The position numbers were made by a program, and so were the translations under genes. This document shows positions 1-12,900 of a stretch of DNA of 64,000 nt, one piece after another; position 1 is the stretch's first letter, and every line of letters starts with the position of its first letter. The notes below the pieces were generated by a model. The model had not been told where the DNA came from. It did no database searches and saw nothing but the letters and a program-made list of their open reading frames with translations. Origin of the DNA: Balanoglossus misakiensis (Eukaryota; Animalia; Hemichordata); contig CM082577.2 in the NCBI GenBank assembly GCA_040954595.2, positions 15,073,903 through 15,137,902 of the forward strand, read 5' to 3'.

Positions 1-553
1 TCATACGTCTGAACGTTAGCAAAAACAAACGACGTTCATTTAACAAATGCCCGATTTTTTGTGACAAATGTTGGTTTCAGAAGCTCTTTTGTAAATACAT
101 GTTACGCAAAGCTGAGATCTGTCTGTAACTGCGAACACCGGGTTAAAAGGTTTTGAACACCCAGGTCAGGAGGCCTTTATCTCATAAAGATACTATAAGC
201 TTACCTAATGTTCGCGGTAATATATTACGGTTGTTATTTTGTACGTAGGCGTTTGTTGTATTATCAACTGGCAAGATTAACCAAATATCCTTAAAATCGC
301 ACAATTTTCTTGATTCCATGACTAACAGCAAAGTATGCATCATGATCGTAAATGTTATGATGGAAAGGGATGGATTATTTCATAAAACTTAAGAAACGCA
401 CAGATTTACACTATTTTCTATAGCTGTACATTTGAAATGATTGAAAACAAAACCAGTAATCTTTTAACACTAAGTTTTTCTCTCCAGCAGACAAAACCTT
501 GATCTATACGCGCAGTTCAGAGGGACTGTGATCTACGTTAGTGATTAGAGTAC

Positions 554-677
554 CTCCCCGGTTGTATTTTCCAGTTTCAAGAATTTCCTTCCGGCGTCGA
601 CTTCGATTTTAATGCTGGGAACTGGCGAATCAACCTCATCGCTCACTTCTTCACGTTGTTCCCCACCTAGGTTGAGT
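554..677 (-). CDS. IF tail exon, start of lamin-tail (Ig-fold) domain; gene probably continues left of window
   Basis: atattacag|A CTC AAC; LNLGGEQREEVSDEVDSPVPSIKIEVDAGRKFLKLENTTGE|gtactc resembles lamin LTD start (EVDxxGKFxxLxN). Confidence 0.75.
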
Positions 678-902
678 CTGTAATATGGAATGCGAAATAT
701 GACGTCAGCGTACTAAAGGCGCCGCGAGACGTTTGATACCTACACATACATGGTCTTTGATATCATTTGTCTTTATATAAGGTTCCGGACTCTGTACGCC
801 CGTTGGTTCGTAACCGATATTGGGACGCTATGGATAGTTTGTTGGTGTGAATTTCTCTCAATTTTCGTCATTTTACGAAATCAAATACAAATTTCGACCC
901 AC

Positions 903-1132
903 CTTTCCTCTTCGATTTCCAACAGTTTCCTAAACTTGTCGATTTCTTTGTCCAGGAGAAGTCTGTCAGTTTGCGAGTCTGTCTCGACTATGTTTTCTCG
1001 CTCCCATTTCAGTTTCAGCAAACGTATTTCCTCGTCTTTCTCTTTGATAACGGCCGCCATTTGTTCCGAACTGGAACATAGTTTGGCTTTTCTCTCCTCC
1101 AATTCTTTTATCCGTTCCTCCATTAAGATTTG
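903..1132 (-). CDS. IF rod end (coil 2 helix-termination motif)
   Basis: tttgtttcag|CAA ATC; LLLDKEIDKFRKLLEIEEER resembles LDxEIxxYRKLLEGEEER; donor GAA AG|gtgggt phase 2 at the canonical lamin position. Confidence 0.9.
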
Positions 1133-1780
1133 CTGAAACAAACAGACAAACAAACAATCAGACGATGAAAAGTAAACTACGACATCGACAGAAAAAAAAC
1201 GCTTTCAATTTAAGTAGATTAAATAATTAGAGTTTTAAAGGGCGACTAAGATTATCTGTGCATGTGATTAATGACTTGCTGAGGTTGTTTTTGTTTTGTT
1301 TTGTGTTTCAATTATATTGTCTTGTTCCCCTCCCTAAAGTATCAAGACATACCCAGTGTTCAAAGACAAATACGTGGTGTAAGGTGGCATTGCATGAAAA
1401 GTTGGGATTTTTGCCAAATTTTACTTTTTGTTTACATAAATCGGTAGGTCTAATACTTCCAGAATATATATGGTTTATGGGAGCCAAACAAGTACACTGG
1501 AAAACCCGTCGCTCGAGGGCGCCCTAGAGCGACGGTTTTCCAGTCTACCAAAAAAGAAGCCACGGTTGATAAAGATGAACAAAAATGAAAATTAGCCAAA
1601 AGTTATAATTAGCGGCCAGGCCTTTAAAATAAGCAAATTTATGATGACAGTTAAATTGCGATACATGTCATATGTGTATATAAACGTCGCCGGAAATTGT
1701 ACAAAGTATTTCATGAGTTCATGTGTCGTACACCATCTTGAAAGTCTATTAAAATACATGTCGAGAATGGAAATATATAC

Positions 1781-1906
1781 CTGAGCTTTAAACTGTTTTA
1801 GCTGACCACCTAACTCGCCGGCCTTAACAACGTGGATGCGGAGTTCGTAATCCGTTTTGATCAGCAAGCCTTTATCCTCATCGAGTTCCTTCTTTAACTT
1901 CCGTAT
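1781..1906 (-). CDS. IF rod exon (126 nt)
   Basis: tgttttacag|ATA CGG AAG ... GCT CAG|gtatat; IRKLKKELDEDKGLLIKTDYELRIHVVKAGELGGQLKQFKAQ; phase 0-0, same size as the corresponding lamin exon. Confidence 0.85.
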
Positions 1907-1943
1907 CTGTAAAACACAAGTACGTGAACGGTTTCAGACATTT

Positions 1944-2203
<260 letters not shown>

Positions 2204-2249
2204 AGGTGACCAAGTGATTTTCTTAACGCACTTTCCGTAGTAAGCTCAC

Positions 2250-2426
2250 CTCTTTCTCGTAGTTGTTTTCCAGATTATCTTTATACAGCCGAAGTTGAGT
2301 TTCGTAATATTCGCTCCATTTTTTCAGAGTAGCCTTCAATTTCATCCTCTCTTCCTCGGCAAGTTTCTTATCTCCTTCAGTAAGCTCGTCCACCATTTCC
2401 TTCTTGGCAACTCTGATCTCTTCCAT
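2250..2426 (-). CDS. IF rod exon
   Basis: tttttaacag|ATG GAA GAG ... AAA GAG|gtgagc; 177 nt, phase 0-0, heptad-rich. Confidence 0.85.
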
Positions 2427-2836
2427 CTGTTAAAAAGACATTAGTCACGTTATATAGGTGTGAGATTTCTTTAAACGTTTTATGTGTGGATATTACGCCC
2501 GCAACACAAAGAATGATTACCCCTGTCAAAGAGGCACATAGATTGAGACATATGAGTTCATTCAAAACAGAAACACGAATATTTGCATATACAACTGGAG
2601 GCATTTAAAAAATAAAAGGAACATATTTCCGTTCTCTTTACAGTTTGCGTGAAGTCTTTGAATGGCACACAAACATCTAAAGACTGAAAGATTCAGTCGT
2701 ATGCGGGCGCTCCGGCACATTGCCTATGGCGACCCTTTCCCCCGGTAAAGGGTCAAAGGCATTGCCGCAGCGCCCGCACAGGACTGAATATTTCATTCTA
2801 ACAAACACACTGATGGAGAACACAAATTGTTAATAC

Positions 2837-3047
2837 CTGTTGTGCAAACTGATTTTTAGATGATATTTCTGTCCTATAGGTATCATCAATTTCTTGTCGC
2901 AATTCATGCTCTAAATCGAATTCTTCCCGGGTGCTTTTCGAATCTTCTAATGCTTTGGCAAGATCCTCTCTCAACTGGTCGTTTTCAAGGCTTAGTCGCG
3001 TCACCTCTCTTTCTTTTTCCAAGCGCTCCGTTTCCGAATTCATCAAC
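2837..3047 (-). CDS. IF rod exon (coil 1B)
   Basis: Acceptor aag|G TTG ATG completes phase-2 codon; coiled-coil LMNSETERLEKEREVTRLSLENDQLREDL...; donor CAG|gtatta. Confidence 0.85.
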
Positions 3048-3074
3048 CTTCAATGATGGCAAAGTCATCAATTT

Positions 3075-3167
3075 CACAACACAACACAACACAACACAAC
3101 ACAACACAACACAACACAACACAACACAACACAACACAACACAACACAACACAACACAACACAACAC
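3075..3167. repeat. (ACAAC)n microsatellite, intronic
   Basis: Direct inspection. Confidence 0.95.
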
Positions 3168-3371
3168 ATGTATGCATGCATGCGTGCGTGCGTGTATAGG
3201 CGCGCTCAGTTTGTCCCTCCCTCCCTCCCTCCCTCCATATAATCTCAATCTCTCCTTCCCCAGTCCCTCCCCTCTGTGTCTCTCTTTCGTTTTTTCTCTT
3301 TCGCATTCCCAGCTCCTGCCACCCGAAACACTATTACGTCCCAGTCACCACTGTCGGTAGTGTGTACTTAC

Positions 3372-3718
3372 ATTTGTCTGAGTTCCCTGTTCTTCCCACT
3401 CATACCAGATTCCTCCCTGTCGCGCTCTGCCCTCCTTTCTTCCACTCTCTGATACAACTTTGCGAGAGACTCCAGCGACGTTCCATACTTGAGTTTTAAT
3501 TCATCGATGTCGGAGAAGACAGCCTCCTCACGTGCATTCAAGGCCATCCATACCTTCCTGACACCACTGCCTCCGGTTTCTATTTTCCTCACCACGTCCA
3601 CGTAGCTGGCCAGACGCTCGTTTAGACTGTTCAGTTGCTTTTCATAGTGCCGCACAAGATCGGCGGAGGTTTTCACTTCCACTGGATCGACGATTGTATC
3701 CAGCGATGCCCCGGGTGT
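3372..3718 (-). CDS. Lamin-type intermediate filament protein, coil 1A/1B exon
   Basis: KQLNSLNERLASYVDVVRKIE matches the IF coil-1A motif; polypyrimidine acceptor ttcttctcttctgtttttgtacaag|ACA (phase 0); donor CAA AT|gtaagt (phase 2). Confidence 0.85.
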
Positions 3719-3920
3719 CTTGTACAAAAACAGAAGAGAAGAACGTTCCTCAAATGTCTGTACATGAAACGTCAATAAGTCCCCCAAAGTTTAGATCTGT
3801 TTCTGCTATGATTTCACTTGTTAAATAACGTTTGAATTGTAAACGGATTCAGTACGGAGTTGCGCACGGTTTATGCTGTAATTTTACTTTGGGTGCAACT
3901 TTGTAAACGAAAAGATATAA

Positions 3921-6900
3921 ATTAAAGCTGCAAGCAGCATTGTCGGGCCCAAGCGCTGATCCGGTATTATATATGCACAGTATGAATGAGAAGAAACAGA
4001 ATGCTCTATCGGGTGTTTTATCTCATGACGTAACAAGGACGTATGTATTTTTCCTACTGAAATAGAGTAAAGTAGGTCAAAGGTCACCTGAGGTCACCCA
4101 ACATTTGGGCAAAATTTTTTGACCCATACTGTTCCATGTCCAACAAAAACCAAAACTCTAGTTCTATTGGTTCGCCATAATTAGGTATGTGCATATTTAA
4201 TGAGGTCAGCAGGTGTCACAGGTGACCCAAAAATGTGGCTGTACATTTTTGCCCCATCCTGCCAAATGCCAAGGCTGTATCTGCTCTGGATGCTGAGATA
4301 TGCGAAAGTGGGTCTAAGGTCACCTGAGGTCACCAAACATTTGGGCAAAATTTTTTGACCCATACTGGTCCATGTCAAACAAAAACTAAAACTCTAGCTC
4401 TATTGGTTCGCCTGTAATTAGGTATGTGCATATTTAATGAGGTCAGCAGGTGTCACAGGTGACCCAAAAATGTGGCTGTACATTTTGGCCCCATCCTGCC
4501 AAATGCCAAGGCTGTATCTGCTCTGGATGCTGAGATATGCGAAAGTAGGTCAAAGGTGACCAGAGGTCACCCAACATTTGGGCAAAAAATTTTGTTCCCA
4601 TAGTGGTCCATGTCCAACAAAAACCAAATCTCTAGCTCTATTGGTTCGCCTGTAATTAGCTATGTGCATAATTAATGAGGTCAGCAGAGGTCAAAGGGGT
4701 CATGAAAAGTAGCAAAATATTTTGATCACACACTAATCCACATGCATCAAAAACCAAACGTCTAGCCCTATAGGTTAGCCTGGAAATAGATATGCAGAAA
4801 TAATAACGTGTGAAAAGTAGGTCAAAGGTCATGTGAAAAATCGCCAAAAAATTGTAACATAATTTAGTCACATGACGATTGATATCCATAAAAAGAGTTT
4901 GTATGCTATCAATTTTTACACTAGGAAAAGGAATTTCAATTTTTCACTGCTTTTTACATAATCCAATATGGCCGCCATAATCTTCGACCAATCACAATGC
5001 TCTTTGCAAACTTGATAGACATCAGTGAAGTGACCAAACTCCCCGAATCTTGCGACTCAGTTATCGCCCGTTCTGGAGAAGAAGATTTTTTGAGTTTTAC
5101 TATGGTTTTTCGAAAATCCAATATGGCCGCCATAATCTTCGACCAATCACAATGATCTTCGCAAACTTGATAGACATCAGTTAGGTGACCACATACACCA
5201 AACCCCGTGTCTCGGTTATCACCGGTTCTGGAGAAGAAGATTTTTGAAATTTTGACCAGATTTAAGAAAAAAAATTGTGGCAAAAAAACTGCAACATTGA
5301 CAGCATAATTTCCAATTACAAAAATGATGGGCAGAAGGTAGTCTACCTGCACGCCAAATTTGAAGTCGATCTGACTTGTAGTTTCTGAGATCTGAGATTT
5401 GCATTTTTTCAGAAAATCCAAGATGGCCGCCAGGTCATGTGACTAATTAAAAATTCAAGGGTTCAATGCACGACTACTCATTGACCTTGACCACTGTAGC
5501 AAGTTTCAGAAGTGTACCTGCAGTGGTCTCTGAGATCTAGAGCGACAAAGAATTGACACAAGAATAAAGAAAGAATTAAAGCTGCAAGCAGCATTGTCCG
5601 GGCCCAAGCTCTATTATCTGATCTGATTATTAGATATGCACATAATTAATGAGTAGAAACATAATGCTGTGTTTTGTCCCATGAAATATCAAGGTTATAT
5701 CTATGTTTGGTGTTGATATAGTGTTAAGCAGGTCAAACGTCACCCAGAGGTCACCCACAATTTGGGCAGAAAATTTTGACCCATAGTGGTCCATGTCCAA
5801 AAAAAACCAAAACTCTAGCTCTATTGGTTTGCGTGTAATTAGGTATGTGCATATTTAATGAGGTCAGCAGGTGTCACTGGTGACCCAAAAATTTGGCTTT
5901 TCATTATGGCCCCATACCTCAAAACGCCAAGGCTGTATCTGCTTTGGATACCGAGAAATGCGAAAGTAGGTCAAAGGTCACCTGAGGTCACCCAAAATTT
6001 GGGCAAATTATTTTGACCCCATACTGATCAATGTCCAAAAAAGACCAAACCTCTAGGTCTATTGGTTCATCTGTAATTAGGTATGCGCATATTTAATGAG
6101 GTCAGCAGAGGTCAAAGGGGTCATGAAAAGTAGCAAAATTTTTTGATCACATACAAATCCACATACATCAAAAACCAAACTTATAGCCCTATTGGTTAGC
6201 CTGGAATTAAATATGCAGAAAATTGATGCGTCAAAAGTAGGTCAAAGGTCATTGCCAAAATTACCAAAATATTTATAGCTTATTCTTGTTATATGATGAT
6301 TCATATCCATTAAAAGAATTTCTGTGCTATAAATTTTTAGGCTAGAAAGGGAATTTTTACTTTTTAATCGTTTTTCACAAAATCCAATATGGCCGCCATA
6401 ATCTTCGACCAATCACATTCCTCTTCGCAAACTTGATAGACATCTGTTGAATGACCACACACACAAAATCTTGTGATTCGGTTATCGACGGTTCTCGAGA
6501 AGAAGATTTTTGAAATTTTACTAGGGTTTTTCGAAAATCCAATATGGCCGCCATAATCTTCGACCAATCACAATGATCTTCGCAAACTTGATAGACATCA
6601 GTTAGGTGACCACATACCCCAAACCCCGTGTCTCGGTTATCACCGGTTCTGGAGAAGAAGATTTTTGAAATTTAAGCCAGATTTCAGAAAAAAAATTGTA
6701 GCAAAAAAACTGCAACATTGACAGCATAATTTCCAATTACAAAAATGTTTGACAGAAGGTGGTCTACCTGCACGCCAAATTTGAAGTCGATCTGACTTGT
6801 AGTTTCTGAGATCTGAGATTTGCATTTTTTCAGTAAATCCAATATGGCCGCCAGGTCACGTGACTAATTAAAAATTCATGGGTTCAATGCACGTCTACTC

Positions 6901-9900
6901 ATTGACCTTGATCACTGTAGCAAGTTTGAAAACTGTACCTGCAGTGGTGTCTGAGATCTAGAGCGACAAAGAATTGACATAAGAATAAAGAAAGAATTAA
7001 AGCTGCAAGCAGCATTGTCGGGCCCAAGCGCTGATCTTGAATTATATATGCACAGTATGAATGAGAAAAAACAGAATTTTCTATCGTATGTATTATCTGA
7101 TGACATAACAGGGATGTGTGTATTTTTGCTACTGAAATAGGGTGAAGTAGGTCAAAGGTCACCAGAGGTCACGCAACATTTGGGCAAAAAATTTTGATCC
7201 CATACTGGTCCATGTCCAACAAAAAACAAAACTCTAGCTCTATTGGTTCGCCTGTAATTAGGTATGTGCATATTTAATGAGGTCAGCAGGTGTCACAGGT
7301 GACTCAAAATTGTGGCTTTACATTTTGGTCCCATCCTACCAAATGCCATGGCTGTATCTGCTCTGGATGCTGAGATATGCGAAAGTAGGTCAAAGGTCAC
7401 CAGAGGTCACGCAACATTTGGGCAAAAAATTTTGATCTCATACTGGTCTGTGTCCAACAAAAACCAAACCTCTAGCTCTATTGGTTCGCCTGTAATTAGC
7501 TATGCACATAATTAATGAGGTCAGCAGAGGTCAAAGGGGTCATGAAAAGTAGCAAAATATTTTGATCACACACTAATCCACATTCATCAAAAACCAAACG
7601 TCTAGCCCGATAGGTTAGCCTGGAATTAGATATGCAGAAATACTAACGCGTGATAAGTAGGTCAAAGGTCATGTGAAAAATCGCCAAAAAATTGTAACAT
7701 ATTTTAGTCACATGACGATTGATATCCATAAAAAGAATTTGTATGCTATCAATTTTTAGACTAGAAAAAGGAATTTCAATTTTTCACTGCTTTTTACAAA
7801 ATCCAATATGGCCGCCATAATCTTCGACCAATCACAATGCTCTTTGCAAACTTGATAGACATCAGTGTAGTGACCATACTCCCCGAATCTTGCGACTCAG
7901 TCATCGCCCGTTCTGGAGAAAAAGATTTTTGGAGTTTAACTATGGTTTTTCTAAAATCCAATATGGCCGCCATAATCTTCGACCAATCACAATGATCTTC
8001 GCAAACTTGATAGACATCAGTTAGGTGACCACATACCCCAAACCCCGTGTCTCGGTTATCACTGGTTCTGGAGAAGAAGATTTTTGAAATTTAAGCCAGA
8101 TTTCAGAAAAAAAATTGTAGCAAAAAAACTGCAACATTGACAGCAAAATTTCCAATTACAAAAATAATGGGTAGAAGGTAGTCTACCTGCATGCCAAATT
8201 TGAAGTCGATCTGACTTGTAGTTTCTGAGATCTGAGATTTGAATTTTTTCAGAAAATCCAATATGGCCGCCAGGTCACGTGACTAATTAATTATTCACAA
8301 GTCACTGCACATCTACTCATTGACCTTGACCACTGTAGCAAGTTTGAGAAGTGTACCTGCAGTAGTTTCAGAGATCTCGTTGGCCGAAGAAATTGACACA
8401 AGAAAAAAGAAAGAAAGAATTAAAGCTGCGAGCAGCATTGTCGGGCCCAAGCGCTGATCTTGAATTACATATGCACAGTATGAATGAGAAAAAACAGAAT
8501 TTTCTATCGGATGTATTATCTCATGACATAACAAGGATGTGTGTATTTTTGCTGCTGAAAGAGGGTGAAGTAGGTCAAAGGTCACCTGAGGTCACCCAAC
8601 ATTTGGGCAATTTTTTTGACCCATACTGGTCCATGTCCAACAAAAACCAAAACTCTAGCTCTATTGGTTCGTCTGTAATTAGGTATGTGCATATTTAATG
8701 AGGTCAGCAGGTGTCACAGGTGACCCAAAAATGTGGCTTTACATTTTGGTCCCATCCTACCAAATGCCATGGCTGTATCTGCTCTGGATGCTGAGATATG
8801 CGAAAGTAGGTCAAAGGTCACCAGAGGTCACCCAACAATTGGACAAAAAATTTTGATCCCATACTGGTCCATGTCCAACAAAAACCAAACCTCTAGCTCT
8901 ATTGGTTCGCCTGTAATTAGCTATGCACATAATTAATGAGGTCAGCAGAGGTCAAAGGGGTCATGAAAAGTAGCAAAATATTTTGATCACACACTAATCC
9001 ACATGCATCAAAAACCAAAAGTCTAGCCCTATAGGTTAGCCTGGAATTAGATATGCAGAAATAATAACGCGTGATAAGTAGGTCAAAGGTCATGTGAAAA
9101 ATCGCCAAAAATTTGTAACATATTTTAGTCACATGACGATTGATATCCATGAACAGAATTTAGATGCTATCAATTTTTAGACAAGGAAAAGGAATTTCAA
9201 TTTTTCACTGCTTTTTACAAAATCCAATATGGCCGCCATAATCTTCGACCAATCACAATGCTCTTTGCAGACTTGATAGACATCAGTGTTGTGACCATAC
9301 TCCCCGAATCTTGCGACTCAGTTATTGCCCGTTCTGGAGAAGAAGATTTTTGCAGTTTTACTATGGTTTTTCGAAAATCCAATATGGCCGCCATAATCTT
9401 CGACCAATCACAATGCTTCTTATCAAACTTGATAGACATCAGTTAGGTGACCACATACCCCAAACCGCGTCACTTGGTTATCACCGGTTCTGGAGAAGAA
9501 GATTTTTGAAATTTAAGCCAGATTTCAGAAAAAAAATTGTAGCAAAAAAACTGCAACATTTACAGCAAAATATCCAATTACAAAAATGATGGGTAGAAGG
9601 TAGACTACCTGCACACCAAATTTGAAGTCGATCTGACTTGTAGTTTCTGAGATCTGAGATTTGCATTTTTTCAGAAAATCCAATATGGCCGCCAGGTCAC
9701 GTGACTAATTAAAAATTCAAGGGTTCAATGCACGACTACTCATTGACCTTGACCACTGTAGCAAGTTTGAAAACTGTACCTGCAGTGGTGTCTGAGATCT
9801 AGAGCGACAAAGAAGTGAACCAAGAATAAAGAAAGAAAGAAAGAAAGAAAAACCCCAACGAAACCAATAGGGCCCAAGCGCTGCTATGCGCTTGGGCCCT

Positions 9901-12900
9901 AAAAACCCCAACGAAACCAATAGGGCCCAAGCGCTTGCGTGCGCTTGGGCCCTAAAGAAGAAAGAAAGAAGGAAAGACAGATTAAAGCTGCAAGCAGCAT
10001 TGTCCGGGCCCAAGCTCTATTATCTGATCTGATTATTAGATATGCACATAATTAATGAGTAGAAACATAATGCTGTGTTTTATCCCATGAAATATCAAGG
10101 TTATATCTATGTTTGGTGTTGATATAGTGTTAAGCAGGTCAAACGTCACCCAGAGGTCACCCACAATTTGGGCAGAAAATTTTGACCCATAGTGGTCCAT
10201 GTCCAACAAAAACCAAAACTCTAGCTCTATTGGTTTGCGTGTAATTAGGTATGTGCATATTTAATGAGGTCAGCAGGTGTCACTGGTGACCCAAAAATTT
10301 GGCTTTTCATTATGGCCCCATACCTCAAAACGCCAAGGCTGTATCTGCTTTGGATACCGAGAAATGCGAAAGTAGGTCAAAGGTCACCTGAGGTCACCCA
10401 AAATTTGGGCAAATTATTTTGACCCCATACTGATCAATGTCCAAAAAAGACCAAACCTGTAGGTCTATTGGTTCATCTGTAATTAGGTATGCGCATATTT
10501 AATGAGGTCAGCAGAGGTCAAAGGGGTCATGAAAAGTAGCAAAATTTTTTGATCACATACAAATCCACATACATCAAAAACCAAACTTATAGCCCTATTG
10601 GTTAGCCTGGAATTAAATATGCAGAAAATTGATGCGTCAAAAGTAGGTCAAAGGTCATTGCCAAAATTACCAAAATATTTATAGCTTATTCTTGTTATAT
10701 GATGATTCATATCCATTAAAAGAATTTCTGTGCTATAAATTTTTAGGCTAGAAAGGGAATTTTTACTTTTTAATCGTTTTTCACAAAATCCAATATGGCC
10801 GCCTTAATCTTCGACCAATCACATTCCTCTTCGCAAACTTGATAGACATCTGTTGAATGACCACACACACAAAATCTTGTGATTCGGTTATCGACGGTTC
10901 TCGAGAAGAAGATTTTTGAAATTTTACTAGGGTTTTTCGAAAATCCAATATGGCCGCCATAATCTTCGACCAATCACAATGATCTTCGCAAACTTGATAG
11001 ACATCAGTAAGGTGACCACATACCCCAAACCCCGTGTCTCGGTTATCACCGGTTCTGGAGAAGAAGATTTTTGAAATTTAAGCCAGATTTCAGAAAAAAA
11101 ATTGTAGCAAAAAAACTGCAACATTGACAGCATAATTTCCAATTACAAAAATGTTTGACAGATAGTGGTCTACCTGCACGCCAAATTTGAAGTCAATCTG
11201 ACTTGTAGTTTCTGAGATCTGAGATTTGCATTTTTTCAGAAAATCCAAGATGGCCGCCAGGTCATGTGACTAATTAAAAATTCATGGGTTCAATGCACGA
11301 CTACTCATTGACCTTGACCACTGTAGCAAGTTTGAGAACTGTACCTGCAGTGGTGTCTGAGATCTAGAGCGACAAAGAAATGACACAAGAATAAAGAAAG
11401 AAAGAAAGAAAGAATTAAAGCTGCAAGCAGCATTGTCCGGGCCCAAGCTTTATTATATGATCTAATTATTAGATATGCACATAATTAATGAGTAGAAACA
11501 TAATGCTGTGTTTTATCCCATGAAATATCAAGGTTATATCTATGTTTGGTGTTGATATAGTGTTAAGTAGGTCAAAGGTCACCCAGAGGTCACCCACAAT
11601 TTGGGCAGAAAATTTTGACCCATAGTGGTCCATGTTCATTAAAAACCAGATCTCTAGCCCTTTTGGTTAGCCCGTAATTAGGTATGCACATAAATAATGA
11701 GTTAAGCAGGTGTCACAGGTGACCAAAAACTTTGGCTTTTCATTATGGCCCCATACCTCCAAACGCCAAGGCTGTATCTGCTGTGGATGTCAAGATATGG
11801 AAAAGTAGGTCAAAGGTCACCCGAGGTCACCCAACATTTGGGCAAAATAATTTGACCCCATACTGATCCATGTCCAAAAAAAAAAAAACCTCTAGGTCAT
11901 TTGGTTCATCTGTAATTAGGTATGCGCATATTTAATGAGGTCAGCAGAGGTCAAAGGGGTCATGAAAAGTAGCAAAAATTTTTGATCACATACAAAACCA
12001 AATACATCAAAAACCAAACTTATAGCCCTATTGGTTAGCCTGGAATTAGATATGCAGAAAAATGATGCGTCAAAAGTAGGTCAAAGGTCATTGCCAAAAT
12101 TACCAAAATATTTATAGCTTATTCTTGTCATATGATGATTCATATCCATAAAAAGAATTTCTGTGCTATCAATTTTTAGGCTAGAAACGGAATTTTTACT
12201 TTTTAATCGTTGTTCACAAAATCCAATATGGCCGCCAAAATCTTCGACCAATCACAATGATCTTCGCAAACTTGATAGACATCAGTGTAGTGACCATACT
12301 CCCCAAATCTTGTGACTCGGTTATCGCTGGTTCTTGAGAAGAAGATTTTTGAAATTTTACTAGGGTTTTTCGAAAATCCAATATGGCCGCCATAATCTTC
12401 GACCAATCACAATGATCTTCGCAAACTTGATAGACCTCAGTTTGGTGACCACATACCCCAAACCCAGTGTCTCGGTTATCACCGGTTCTGGAGAAGAAGA
12501 TTTTTGAAATTTAAGCCAGATTTCAGAAAAAAAATTGTAGCAAAAAAACTGCAACTTTTTCAGCATAATTTCCAATTACAAAAATGATAAGCAGAAGGTA
12601 GTCTACCTGCACGCCAAATTTGAAGTCGATCTGACTTGTAGTTTCTGAGATCTGAGATTTGCATATTTTCAGAAAATCCAAGATGGCTGCCAGGTCATGT
12701 GACTAATTAGAAATTCAAGGGTTCAATGCACGACTACTCATTGACCTTGACCACTGTAGCAAGTTTCAGAAGTGTACCTGCAGTGGTGTCTGAGATCTAG
12801 AGCGACAAAGAATTGACACAAGAATAAAGAAAGAAGAAAGAAAGAATTAAAGCTGCAAGCAGCATTGTCCGGGCCCAAGCTCTATTATCTGATCTGATTA